NCBI GenBank assembly: GCA_015060115.1
Contig: SUZB01000009.1
Span: 13,260-77,259, forward strand
Direction: 5' to 3'
DNA length: 64,000 bases
DNA from: Rikenellaceae bacterium
Lineage (GTDB): Bacteria > Bacteroidota > Bacteroidia > Bacteroidales > Rikenellaceae
A program made the position numbers and the translations under genes. Of the stretch, positions 26,902 to 37,327 are shown piece by piece. Below the pieces are notes generated by a model. That model was not told the origin of the DNA. It did not search any database and saw only the letters and a list, made by a program, of their open reading frames with translations. The number at the start of each line of letters is the position of its first letter. Position 1 is the first letter of the stretch.

Positions 26902-29361
26902 TTAGAGTGCGGGAGTTGCACCGTCAGCCATTACCCAGATGGTCATATCCGAAACACGGAAATAAACATCATAAGCAACGCCAACCTCGCCATTAACAAA
27001 GATGTTAGAACCGCCATCAAGTACAATAGCAGCACCAAGCTCACGAACAGTTGTGTCGGTCACACCGTAGCTTGTATCCCAAGAATAGTTCTTACGAACC
27101 TTAAATGCAAGACCCTCATTGTTGGCATTTGCAAATACAACATCCTGAGCAACCAAAAGGTCACCAGCCTCAACGAAAACTACATCAGAGTTCCAGTTGC
27201 CTGACTGGAAGTCACCAATAACGCTCCAAGTGTCAGCACCTGCAGTAGGATCAGAAGCACCTGCAACAGCTAAGATAAGCTTAGAAGCTGCGGGGTTGAA
27301 GTAGAAGTCGTAATCACCAGCGTCGATCCACATATCAGCGCCACCATAGGTCAAAGCGTTCTCACCAAGAGTAAGCTTCGAGCCATCGTTACCATACTTC
27401 TCGTCCCAAGCGTCGTTCAAACGGATAAGCAACTTACCCTCTGCAGGGATATTGAGAGCCTCGGTAACATACCAGCCATCGCCACGAGCTACGAGGTCAA
27501 CATCAGAAGCCCAACCGTTGAAGTCACCGATAAGACCATAGGTAGTCTCTGCGGGAGGCTCTGGAGTAACAGGAGCCTCACCGTTAACAGTGTAGTTCCA
27601 CTTGCCACCCTCGTTGTCTGTAAGAGTGATAACAACATCATCATTAAGAACAATATCCTTGATATCTACAGTCTGATCGCCGTTGCCATTGTTCAAAACA
27701 ATACTTACAGTCTTACCATAAGCAGTTGCATCGAACTGGTATACGAAGTAGTCACCCTCAGCAGTCATAGCAGTACCAGACCAAGAACCAGCAAACTCGC
27801 CAAGGTCGCCCCAACCGTAGATGTTGCAGTTCTCCCAGCCAGCAGCCTTAACATCAGCGTACACCTTCACAGCCTTAGCATCAGAGGGAAGAGTAGGATC
27901 GGCAGCACCAGCAGTCATTACATACAACTCCGAAGCCTCAGGGTTGAAGTAGAAGTCGTAAGTGCCAGCAGCAATAAACATATCCTTACCCTCTGCAGTA
28001 AGAGTATTCTTAGCATCAATTGTCACAAATGTGTTATCCTCAGCGAAACCAAACTTGTTTGACCAAGCATCGTTCAAACGGATAAGGAACTTGTTCTCCT
28101 CACCCTCAGCAGCATTCATAACAACATCCTCGACAACATACCAACCATCGCCACGAGCAACAAGGTCAACATCGGGCTCACCCCAACCATTGAATGAACC
28201 AATAAGACCATAGGTAGTCTCGGTGGGAGGCTCAGGAGTAGTGCCAGTACCAGCGCCAGTATCCTCATCAGTGCCGAAGTTCTTAGCGTTCAACTCGATA
28301 AGACCAGTTACAGGGTTGAAGTATACACGATACTGACCAGCAGGAACAGCGATATTGTCGCCACCCATTGCGCAGTCAACACCCCAGTTGATGTCCCAAG
28401 CAGCATCTGCACGGAACTTCATCTCGGTAGCCTCAGCAACATCGATATCAGCATAGAAACGAGTCCACTTAGGGTTGTACTCCATAACGATGTCACTCTC
28501 CCAGTTGCCGTTGAGACCGATGATACCGATCTGGTCAGCGCCCCAAGACTTCTTCAATACCAAAGTGGTGTTGTCGAACTCAAATGCGTAGAAACGCTTA
28601 GCGTAACGCATAATATCCTGTGAACCACCACCAGTGATAAGCTGGATAGATGCGGGCTCGTCAACCTCGGTAGCCTTGGTCTCCTCACCCCAGTTGCAAC
28701 TATCGTCCCAACCAGCGATACCTGTGAGCTTGAAGCCAGTGTTAGCCAATGATACGCCCTCAGCATCTGCGAAGTCTACGATACCTGCGAAGGTAGTGCC
28801 AGTAGCGTTGTAGTCGAAGAGGAACTGAGTCTTTGAGTGATCCCAACCGCAGTAGTTACCGATAACCCAAACCTTCTCGAACTTCTCGGTGGGCAATACA
28901 TCAGCAACATACGACTTAAAGGTTGCCTTAACAACATTTGACATAAGGTCAGTACCTGCAACAGCAGCACCCTTGTCGGTGTTGAGGTTAGCAACAACAG
29001 CGAAGTAGAGATCTACCTCTGTGCCAGCCTCAGCGAAGTCCAAAGCTACGACATTAAGGTCGGCCTGAGTAAGAGTGATGGTAGCATCAGCAAAAGCTGC
29101 CTTTGCCTTCTTCATATCTGCCATATCCTCCGACTTAGAGATGTAGAGGTTATGTGCGTTAGCAGTAGCTACACCAAAATCAGCCTTGGTGTACTCAACA
29201 ACGATGTCAGCACCGCCATCCGAAAGCTCGCAACCCTCGATAGCACCCAAAGTGGGAGCTACAGCGTTCTCGGGATTATACTGCACATCGATATGCTCCT
29301 GGGTACAAGATGCAAAAGCAAGACCCGTAAGAGCGATAATGCTATATAATAACTTTTTCAT
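26902..29361 (-). CDS. SusE/SusF-like multi-module glucan-binding outer-membrane lipoprotein
   Basis: Lipobox FASC; SusE-type N-terminus; repeated IGxFNGW...K/R-N/D-xxW...GxYxxYFNP modules; CBM26-like NIYGWG...WSGTAM...VLNNG segment. Confidence 0.8.
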   Translation of the reverse strand: MKKLLYSIIALTGLAFASCTQEHIDVQYNPENAVAPTLGAIEGCELSDGGADIVVEYTKADFGVATANAHNLYISKSEDMADMKKAKAAFADATITLTQADLNVVALDFAEAGTEVDLYFAVVANLNTDKGAAVAGTDLMSNVVKATFKSYVADVLPTEKFEKVWVIGNYCGWDHSKTQFLFDYNATGTTFAGIVDFADAEGVSLANTGFKLTGIAGWDDSCNWGEETKATEVDEPASIQLITGGGSQDIMRYAKRFYAFEFDNTTLVLKKSWGADQIGIIGLNGNWESDIVMEYNPKWTRFYADIDVAEATEMKFRADAAWDINWGVDCAMGGDNIAVPAGQYRVYFNPVTGLIELNAKNFGTDEDTGAGTGTTPEPPTETTYGLIGSFNGWGEPDVDLVARGDGWYVVEDVVMNAAEGEENKFLIRLNDAWSNKFGFAEDNTFVTIDAKNTLTAEGKDMFIAAGTYDFYFNPEASELYVMTAGAADPTLPSDAKAVKVYADVKAAGWENCNIYGWGDLGEFAGSWSGTAMTAEGDYFVYQFDATAYGKTVSIVLNNGNGDQTVDIKDIVLNDDVVITLTDNEGGKWNYTVNGEAPVTPEPPAETTYGLIGDFNGWASDVDLVARGDGWYVTEALNIPAEGKLLIRLNDAWDEKYGNDGSKLTLGENALTYGGADMWIDAGDYDFYFNPAASKLILAVAGASDPTAGADTWSVIGDFQSGNWNSDVVFVEAGDLLVAQDVVFANANNEGLAFKVRKNYSWDTSYGVTDTTVRELGAAIVLDGGSNIFVNGEVGVAYDVYFRVSDMTIWVMADGATPAL

Positions 29362-29398
29362 TTCGTTTAGTTTTACTTATTTGATACTAACTCGCCTT

Positions 29399-31051
29399 TT
29401 AGTAACCAGCGTTCTGCTTAAGGTTAGAGTTTGCGTTAACATCTGCGGGGGGCAAGGGGAAGAGGTTGCGGTAGTCAGCAACAGCTACACCCTCCTTAAC
29501 AGAGCCCTTATACTCCCAAAGATAGTCAGCAGTAGTGAACTGACCAAAGCGGATAAGGTCAGAACGGCGGTGACCCTCCCACAAAAGCTCACGACCACGC
29601 TCGTCAAGAACATCCTGAGCAGTGAAAGATGATACCTTCTCAAGACCTGCACGCTCACGAACAGCGTTCAAAGCAGCAAGACCCTTGGCGTTGTCAGCAG
29701 CACCACGAGCAGCGCACTCAGCCAACATAAGGTAGGCATCAGCAACACGGAACAATGGGAAGTCAGTATCTACGAAACCAGTGGTCTGAGCAGCAGAGCC
29801 GTCGTGGTTAACATTGCGGAACTTCATAGACTTGTAACCACCCGAAGTGAAGTTGAAGATATCAACGATCACCTTATCATAAGCGGTGAAGAACATAGCA
29901 CGAGCATCACCCTCCTCATAAAGATCTGCGATCTCCTTGGTAACAGACAAACCACCCCAACCAGAAGAGATACCAGCCTCAGCAGCATTCATATCACCAC
30001 CAGTACCAGCGAAGATAAGGAAGTTGGTGCCACCATAAGAGGTAGTGTTGATACCATCGTGAGGAACAGCGAAGATAATCTCGTTGCGAGCGCCGAAAGT
30101 AGAGTTTGCAGTACGGAGGTGGTTATCTGCGCAGAACAAAAGCTCAAAACCATTGATCTCTACCTCTATTGGCTCATCATTCTCATCAAGCATTGGCTCA
30201 CCATTATCATCAAGAACCGCGAGTGTAATTGACTGCTGCAAATCGTAATTATCGACAAGGTCCTCGCAGATAGCAGCACAATCAGCATAACGATCCTCGC
30301 CAACATAAACCTCAGCGTTAAGGTACAACTTCGCAAGAATCATCTTAACGAAGCCCTTGTCGCAACGGCCATAAACATTAGTACCCTCGGCTGCAAGGTC
30401 GTTACCCTCGATAAGCTCCTTACACTCCTTCTCAAGCCAAGCGAAGAGGTCCGCACGATTGATCTGACGAGGACCCTGAGCGCCTACAGCGTCGTTCTCA
30501 GTAGCGAAAGGCACATTACCGAACATATCGATAGCGTGGTAGTAAGACAAAGCACGCAAAGCACGAGCCTCAGCAATCAAAGCACCCTTGTTCTGGAACT
30601 CGACGCCAGCAGGGTTAGCCTCGACCTGACGGATAAGCTCGTTGCAGAGGCTTACCTGATAGAAAATACGGTAGTACATAGCAACGATAAACTGGTTAGA
30701 TGCCTGCCAGTTCATATTGTGCATATCGGGCAGACCAGTATCATTCCAGCAGCAAGTAGCCTCGTCAGTGGTCAAACACTGGAGGTTGAAGTAAGCACGG
30801 AGGTACTGACCGAAACCACCGTCAACACCATTGATATCGGGGCCACCGTTAGCACCATCTGATGATGAGCAAGCAAGACCCTGGTAGCACTTTGCAAGCA
30901 AAGCCTCGAAAGCCGCCTCGTCCTTCAAGACATCCTGAGGAAGCTGCACATTAGGATCGATGGGAGTGGTCTCCAAATCCTTAACGCACGAGCTCAAGCC
31001 GAGAGTGAAAACTCCGGCAACAGCCAACATTAAAACTTTAATATTTTTCAT
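29399..31051 (-). CDS. susD: SusD/RagB family lipoprotein (starch-SusD-like)
   Basis: Lipobox LSSC; EARALRALSYY, LAKLYLNAEVY, FRVADAYL and ERGRELLWEGHRRSDLIRFG motifs. Confidence 0.95.
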   Translation of the reverse strand: MKNIKVLMLAVAGVFTLGLSSCVKDLETTPIDPNVQLPQDVLKDEAAFEALLAKCYQGLACSSSDGANGGPDINGVDGGFGQYLRAYFNLQCLTTDEATCCWNDTGLPDMHNMNWQASNQFIVAMYYRIFYQVSLCNELIRQVEANPAGVEFQNKGALIAEARALRALSYYHAIDMFGNVPFATENDAVGAQGPRQINRADLFAWLEKECKELIEGNDLAAEGTNVYGRCDKGFVKMILAKLYLNAEVYVGEDRYADCAAICEDLVDNYDLQQSITLAVLDDNGEPMLDENDEPIEVEINGFELLFCADNHLRTANSTFGARNEIIFAVPHDGINTTSYGGTNFLIFAGTGGDMNAAEAGISSGWGGLSVTKEIADLYEEGDARAMFFTAYDKVIVDIFNFTSGGYKSMKFRNVNHDGSAAQTTGFVDTDFPLFRVADAYLMLAECAARGAADNAKGLAALNAVRERAGLEKVSSFTAQDVLDERGRELLWEGHRRSDLIRFGQFTTADYLWEYKGSVKEGVAVADYRNLFPLPPADVNANSNLKQNAGY

Positions 31052-31074
31052 AATACATTTACGATTTTAGACCA

Positions 31075-34000
31075 TTAGAAATTGAACTTCACACCGAGGA
31101 TATAGGTGCGGGGACGAGGATACATATTGTTATCGATACCACCTGCAATCTCAGGATCGATACCCTTGTAACCAGTCAAAGTAGCAACATTCGATACAGT
31201 ACCGAACAAGTCGAGAGTGAGGTCACGGTCGCAAGCCTTACCGAGGTTGAAGCGATAGCTCAAAGTGATGTTATCGAGCTTCAAGAACGATGCATTGCGA
31301 ACATAGTAGTCTGACAAATACTGACCCGAAGAGCGGAAGTTTGTCTGAGGAGCAGTAACAACACGGTTGTTGGTGAAGTTGTTTGTCCAAAGGTCGGTCA
31401 AGAGCTCACCATTAGAGTCGATATTGTTGTAAACATAGTTACCGATGTTAGCGTGAGCCGAGATAGCAAGTGTAAGAGCCTTCCACGAAAGCTGAGTGTT
31501 GAAACCTACGGTTACATCGGGAGCAGCCTTCTTGTATACATACTTATCCTTCTCGTTAACAACGCCATCCTCGTTACGGTCTACATACAAGCCCTCGATA
31601 GGTCTACCCTCAGCATCGTAAATCTGCTGGTATACATAGAACGAGTTAGTAGGCTGACCAGTCTGGTGTACCTGGCAAGTACCACCAACACCGCCTGAGT
31701 AACCACCGGTATCAACACCGTAGTAGCCCTCAGCCTCGTCGTCGTTGGTCAAACGAGTAATCTCGTTGCGGTTCCAAGCAACATTAGCACCGATATTCCA
31801 GTACCAATCCTTAGTCTGGATAGCAACAGCGTTCAACTCAAACTCAACACCGATATTCTTCAAGTCACCGATGTTTGCGTTGAGGTAGTTGGTAAGGTTA
31901 GCACCAGCAGGCACGGGGGTGAAGTTAAGCAAGTCCTTAGTCTCACGATAGTAGAAGTCGGCGCTTGCAGTGATACGGTTGTCAACGAAACCGAAGTCGA
32001 TACCTGCGTTGTAAGTGGTGGTAGTCTCCCACTTAAGGTCGGCGTTGTAGCCTACGGGCTTAATGGGGAAGATCAAACCAGCACCCTCTGCGTAACCACC
32101 GAATGGGTAGTATGAACCGAGGGTATTGTTATAATAGGTAGGAAGTGCGTCGTACAAGCCACCTACATCCTGCTGACCAGTCTGACCGTAGCTCAAACGA
32201 ACCTTCAAAGCTGAGATAGCATCCTTGTCCTCCAAGAACGACTCATTTTTAGCATTCCAAGCCAAAGCTACTGATGGGAAGATACCCCACTTGTTGTTAG
32301 CAAAACGCGATGTACCATCGGCACGAACAGTAGCAGTTACCGAGTAGCGGTTAGCGTAAGAGTAGTTAGCACGACCGAAGAACGATACGAGGAAGTACTC
32401 ACCCTTAGAGGTCTTAGGCTCTGAGAGGTAGTAGTTAGCTGCGGTGTTCTCCAAAGCTACATAAGGCTCCTTAGAGTCTACATCCCACTTCGCAACATCT
32501 GCAACACGCATTGTCTCGTTGAAGTTAGAGTAGTAGTAGTGCTGCCAAGAGTAACCTGCCATAATATCGAATGAGTGGTCACCCAAAGTCTTAGCATAAG
32601 CAGCGTAGAACTCCAAAGTCTGGTCGCGCTTGAGCTGTGAGTAGTTGGTGTGTGAACCCGAACCTGCCTCAGCAGTAGCGTGGCGTGACTGCTCAGTACC
32701 GGGAGCCACATCTACAGTGCCGTTAGACTTCGAAACATCGACACCAAGGTTAAGGTTAAGACGAAGATCCTCCAAACCGTGAATCTTATAGTCGATCTGG
32801 GCGTTACCTACGAAACGCTTAGCGTTAGCGAGGTCTACCTTATCCTCAAGCAAAGCTACGGGGTTCTGGTTAGCCATTGTGTTATGCTTACCATCGACAC
32901 CACGCCAAGTGTAGCGGCCATTGATGCCACCCTCCTCGTCAGAGAGGTATACGGGCTTGGTGGGGTCGAACTGAACAGCCTGAGATACCGCGCCAGTGTT
33001 AGCAAAGCGGGTATCCATAATCATACCCTTACCGTTAAGGCTGATAGTAAGGTGGTTGTCCAACAATACAGGGTTAAGGTTAACCGAGAGAGTGTGACGA
33101 GACATATTAGATGTCTTCAAAGTACCATCCTGATTCAAATAACCGTAAGAAACACGGTAGGGAAGGTGGTTCTTCTCGCCCATCTTGATGTTGCCGGTAA
33201 GCGATACATTACCCTCGTAAGACTGAGCGAGCTGATAGATCTCGCGCTGCCAATCGGTGTTGATATAGTTGCCGTTAGCGTCGGTGTACTTGGTAGCCGA
33301 GCGGTAAGCATCAGTATCCTGAGTACCGTAGTACCACTCCAAAGTCTGACGCATCTCGTCGCCGGTCATAACATCAACATACTTGGCGTTCTGGCTCAAC
33401 GATGCTGTGAAATCAACAGCTACATGAGGAGCACCATTGTCGTACTTCGAACCCTTCTTGGTGGTGATGATGATGACACCGTTAGATGCACGCGAACCGT
33501 AGATAGCTGTAGCCGAAGCATCCTTCAATACGGTGAATGACTCGATATCCGAGGGGTTGATAGATGCCAAAGCGTTACCTACGCCCGAAATACCTGAGTT
33601 AGAGATGGGAAGACCATCGACAACAACCAAGGGATCGTTCGAAGCGTTGAGTGACGAACCACCACGGATACGGATCTGTGCTGCTGAACCGGGGGCACCA
33701 TCACCAGAGGTGATAACAACACCTGCAGACTTACCACGGAGCAAGTCGGTGGGCGATGTTGCAAGACCCTTGTTGGTCTGGTCAGCCTTTACGGTAGAGA
33801 TCGAACCTGTAAGGTCGTTCTTCTTTACTACACCGTAACCGATGACAACGACATCGTCAATCATCTCAGAATCCTCCTCGAGGACTACATTCTGAAGCAA
33901 CTCAGAAGAGGCCACCAAAGAGACTGACTTGTAACCAATGAAGCTGATTACAACCACAGAGTCAGCGCTGTTAACATGCAGCACATACTGACCATTAAGA

Positions 34001-34176
34001 TCGGTGGTTACACCGTTTGTCGTGCCCTGCTCAACAACAGAAGCACCGATAACCGGTGATCCGGTAGTATCAACTACCACACCTTTGACCTCGTATTTGC
34101 TCTGGGCAAACACTTGGGCGGGAACTGCCATCGCGATGAGGGCAAGACCCAAACACATAGTTAAGAATTTTCTCAT
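31075..34176 (-). CDS. susC: SusC/RagA family TonB-dependent transporter
   Basis: VVVIGYG, IRIRGGSS...NDPLVVVDG, VLKDASATAIYGSRASNGVIIITTKKG, KWETT and C-terminal YPRPRTYILGVKFNF. Confidence 0.97.
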   Translation of the reverse strand: MRKFLTMCLGLALIAMAVPAQVFAQSKYEVKGVVVDTTGSPVIGASVVEQGTTNGVTTDLNGQYVLHVNSADSVVVISFIGYKSVSLVASSELLQNVVLEEDSEMIDDVVVIGYGVVKKNDLTGSISTVKADQTNKGLATSPTDLLRGKSAGVVITSGDGAPGSAAQIRIRGGSSLNASNDPLVVVDGLPISNSGISGVGNALASINPSDIESFTVLKDASATAIYGSRASNGVIIITTKKGSKYDNGAPHVAVDFTASLSQNAKYVDVMTGDEMRQTLEWYYGTQDTDAYRSATKYTDANGNYINTDWQREIYQLAQSYEGNVSLTGNIKMGEKNHLPYRVSYGYLNQDGTLKTSNMSRHTLSVNLNPVLLDNHLTISLNGKGMIMDTRFANTGAVSQAVQFDPTKPVYLSDEEGGINGRYTWRGVDGKHNTMANQNPVALLEDKVDLANAKRFVGNAQIDYKIHGLEDLRLNLNLGVDVSKSNGTVDVAPGTEQSRHATAEAGSGSHTNYSQLKRDQTLEFYAAYAKTLGDHSFDIMAGYSWQHYYYSNFNETMRVADVAKWDVDSKEPYVALENTAANYYLSEPKTSKGEYFLVSFFGRANYSYANRYSVTATVRADGTSRFANNKWGIFPSVALAWNAKNESFLEDKDAISALKVRLSYGQTGQQDVGGLYDALPTYYNNTLGSYYPFGGYAEGAGLIFPIKPVGYNADLKWETTTTYNAGIDFGFVDNRITASADFYYRETKDLLNFTPVPAGANLTNYLNANIGDLKNIGVEFELNAVAIQTKDWYWNIGANVAWNRNEITRLTNDDEAEGYYGVDTGGYSGGVGGTCQVHQTGQPTNSFYVYQQIYDAEGRPIEGLYVDRNEDGVVNEKDKYVYKKAAPDVTVGFNTQLSWKALTLAISAHANIGNYVYNNIDSNGELLTDLWTNNFTNNRVVTAPQTNFRSSGQYLSDYYVRNASFLKLDNITLSYRFNLGKACDRDLTLDLFGTVSNVATLTGYKGIDPEIAGGIDNNMYPRPRTYILGVKFNF

Positions 34177-34224
34177 AGTGTTTAGTGTTAGTTAATAATA
34201 AAGTTAGTAAATATGTTTGGTTTG

Positions 34225-35577
34225 TTATTTCGCCTTGCGAGTAGAGATGCCGAATACCGCAACAGCCGCCAAAAGAAGCGATACGCCAGCGATAACGAGC
34301 ATCATAATCTGACCGCTCTGCACCTCGGTTGCTACACCATTCGAGATAAGCTCCACCTTCTCGCCACCAAAGGTCTTGAGGAGGAAGCCACCAACCAACG
34401 CGGCAACAATCTGAGGAAGGCAGATTGTGCAGTTGAACAATCCGAGGTATGAGCCCATAGACTTACCCGAAAGTGAGTTGGTGAGCATCGCAAAGGGCAT
34501 AGCAAGCATAGCAGCCCAAGCGCAACCGATGAGAATGAACGAAAGGAACAAGAGATACTGGTTGTGGATAAAGTATGTCGAGATAAAGCCCACAGCACCG
34601 AGCACGAGGCTAAGTGAGTAGCCCACCTTTACATTCTTGAACATAGGTAGCACCATAGCCCAGAGGATTGAGCCGATAGCCTGCACGGCGAACAACACGC
34701 CAGTCCAGTTACCTGCCTCTTGGAAGCCCTCAGACTTGGGATCGAGAGCGCCCCAAACAGTTTCGGCGATACCACCGGTCGTATTATTCCACATATAGAG
34801 GAATGCAAACCAGCAGAAGAACTGCACAAGACCAATCTGCCAAAATGCCTTAGGCGCGTGGAGCAAGAGGTGGATAAGGTTGGTCTTCTCCTCCTTCTCC
34901 TCCTCCTTGATGCCGTGGAAACGAGCATACTCCTCGGGATTCATCTCCTTTACGGTAAATCCTGTGTAGAGCACGCAGAGGATAAGGATAAGCGCACCGA
35001 TGTAGAACGACCAAGTAACCGAGGGAGGAATCTGACCCTCAGGAGCGATATTCGCAACACCGAAGAATGTGAAGATGTAGGGGAAGAGGTAGCCTACCAA
35101 CGAGCCAGCGTTGCACAAGAGGCTCTGGATTGAGTAAGCCTTTGTCTTCTGCTCCTCATTGACCATATCGCCCACCATCATCTTGAAGGGCTGCATAGCC
35201 ATATTAATCGAGGTGTCGAGCAACATCAGCATAATAGCGCCAAATGCCAACGCCGCCTTGACGGTCATATCGAAGCTGCCTGAGTTGGGCAACAACGCCA
35301 TAACGATAATGGCAACGATAGCACCAATATAGAGGTAGGGCTTACGACGACCCCACTTACACCAAGTCTTGTCGCTCATTGAGCCTACGATAGGCTGCAC
35401 AATCATACCCATCAATGGGGGTAGAATCCAGAAAAAGCTCAAGGTGTGGGGGTCAGCACCAAGAGTTGCGAAGATGCGGCTAATGTTTGCACTCTGCAAA
35501 GCATAGGCAATCTGAACACCGAAGAATCCGAAGCTCAAATTCCACATCTGCCAAAATGAAAGATTAGGTTTTTGCAT
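34225..35577 (-). CDS. MFS sugar transporter (maltose/sucrose, SLC45-like)
   Basis: WNLSFGFFGVQIAYALQ, QPIVGSMSDKTW...GRRKPY, LDTSINMAMQPF and GLFNCTICLPQ motifs. Confidence 0.9.
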   Translation of the reverse strand: MQKPNLSFWQMWNLSFGFFGVQIAYALQSANISRIFATLGADPHTLSFFWILPPLMGMIVQPIVGSMSDKTWCKWGRRKPYLYIGAIVAIIVMALLPNSGSFDMTVKAALAFGAIMLMLLDTSINMAMQPFKMMVGDMVNEEQKTKAYSIQSLLCNAGSLVGYLFPYIFTFFGVANIAPEGQIPPSVTWSFYIGALILILCVLYTGFTVKEMNPEEYARFHGIKEEEKEEKTNLIHLLLHAPKAFWQIGLVQFFCWFAFLYMWNNTTGGIAETVWGALDPKSEGFQEAGNWTGVLFAVQAIGSILWAMVLPMFKNVKVGYSLSLVLGAVGFISTYFIHNQYLLFLSFILIGCAWAAMLAMPFAMLTNSLSGKSMGSYLGLFNCTICLPQIVAALVGGFLLKTFGGEKVELISNGVATEVQSGQIMMLVIAGVSLLLAAVAVFGISTRKAK

Positions 35578-35986
35578 AGTTATTGTTTGTGTTTTTTGTA
35601 AATTTTTTCATTTTTATTGGTAAAATCAGCCTGTGTCCGAAGACTAAAATTCACCATCGTGAGAGGCGTGTTTGTAAAATATTTTAATAATTATGTAAAA
35701 AATATTAAAAACTACATACTCTCATCAATACAAATTTGTAAAAAAAAATGTAAACTACCAAATATATCATACCCAAAGGGTATAAATTTTGCGACGAATA
35801 GCCAAAATAGCCAACCGAATGGAGTATTGGAATTATAGAACAATGCAAAAGGGTCAAATAACTATGTCGAGGAAATCGCCAAAAGTGGAGAATAACGACA
35901 GACGAGTAGAGAAAAAAGAGATGTGGTTAGATTTTGTTTTTTGCGATTAATTTCTTAACTTTGCAAAAATGAGCACTTAACCAAAG

Positions 35987-37327
35987 ATGAAGAGACAAAA
36001 TATATCGAACATCGCCATTATCGTCATCTTCGCCCTGCTACACTTCGCAGTAGCCATTATCGGACGAATGATGGACTACAACGATGATATCCCACTTACG
36101 ATTCTTACCATCACTATGGTCATTGTCGTTTCGATGCGCAACCAAACCCGTATCGAGCTAATGGGTATCCTGACGCTTGTCTGCACCATTCTTGGCTTTC
36201 TTATCGGCTCGTGGCTCTGGCAACCGATTAGCAAGATTTTGGGTAACGACATCATAGCGCCAGCCATCTCGACATTTATAATCACTATTCTGCTCGGCCT
36301 TATGACCCACAATATAACGCTGAGCAACAAGCGTTTCCGTAACACGGGAACTACCTGGCAACCATCTGTTCGCAATATTATCATCGTAGCCCTCTCGATT
36401 CTCGTTATTCGCCTTGTCTATGTGGCGCTATTCCGCGTTGAGATCTTCTCGGAGGGTATGCTCTATGTTACGCTCTCGGAGATTATGAGCAACTCGTGGG
36501 CGGTAATTCTCCTTATCACGGGCAACATCGTGATTATGATGCGTTTTCAGAAGTGGCGCAACCGAGGCGTAGTGCTTATGACTTGGATTACGGCGATTGT
36601 CATCATTACATCGCTTGTCAGCTACTACGACCTGCCAAATATGGAGTCTCCGGCGGCATCACCAAGTGAGCTTATAATATTGTTGCCATCGGCACTTCTG
36701 CTTGAAATTCTGGTCTTTACAATATGCTATTTGGTGCAGACCACACGCATATCACGCCTTCAGTTAAGCCGTTCGGAGTATCAGTACGAGAGGCTAAAAC
36801 AGCAGATAAATCCGCACTTTCTGTTCAACTCGCTCAACATCCTCGACTATTTAGTGCAGGAGCAGGAGACCGAGCGTGCCAGCACCTTTATTCGCAAACT
36901 GGCAAACATCTATCGTTATATGTTGCGCAACGACGAGAAGCCGTTGGTTAAGATTGGCGAGGAGCTCGACTTTACCAAGATGTATATCGACCTGCTACGC
37001 GAGAGATTTATCGAGGGAATGGTCTTTGTAATAGATATTGACGAGAACCTCTACGATAAGAGTATCGTGCCCTGTTCACTCCAGCTATTGGTCGAAAATG
37101 CTACTAAACATAACATCGTGTCGGCAGAGTCGCCATTGACCATAAAGATAAAGTGCGATGAAGAGTTTATAACGGTTAGCAACAACCTCCAAGAGCGCAC
37201 GCATGGTCAGCCATCAACGCACCTTGGATTGGCAAATATACGCCGACAATATATGGATATCACACGCCGTGAGATATTTGTAGAAAAGACTGAAAATGAG
37301 TTTATTGTAAAACTTCCGATAATATGA
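35987..37327 (+). CDS. LytS/YehU-type membrane sensor histidine kinase
   Basis: Multi-TM N-terminus; LKQQINPHFLFNSLN H-box, LQLLVENATKH N-box. Confidence 0.92.
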   Translation: MKRQNISNIAIIVIFALLHFAVAIIGRMMDYNDDIPLTILTITMVIVVSMRNQTRIELMGILTLVCTILGFLIGSWLWQPISKILGNDIIAPAISTFIITILLGLMTHNITLSNKRFRNTGTTWQPSVRNIIIVALSILVIRLVYVALFRVEIFSEGMLYVTLSEIMSNSWAVILLITGNIVIMMRFQKWRNRGVVLMTWITAIVIITSLVSYYDLPNMESPAASPSELIILLPSALLLEILVFTICYLVQTTRISRLQLSRSEYQYERLKQQINPHFLFNSLNILDYLVQEQETERASTFIRKLANIYRYMLRNDEKPLVKIGEELDFTKMYIDLLRERFIEGMVFVIDIDENLYDKSIVPCSLQLLVENATKHNIVSAESPLTIKIKCDEEFITVSNNLQERTHGQPSTHLGLANIRRQYMDITRREIFVEKTENEFIVKLPII

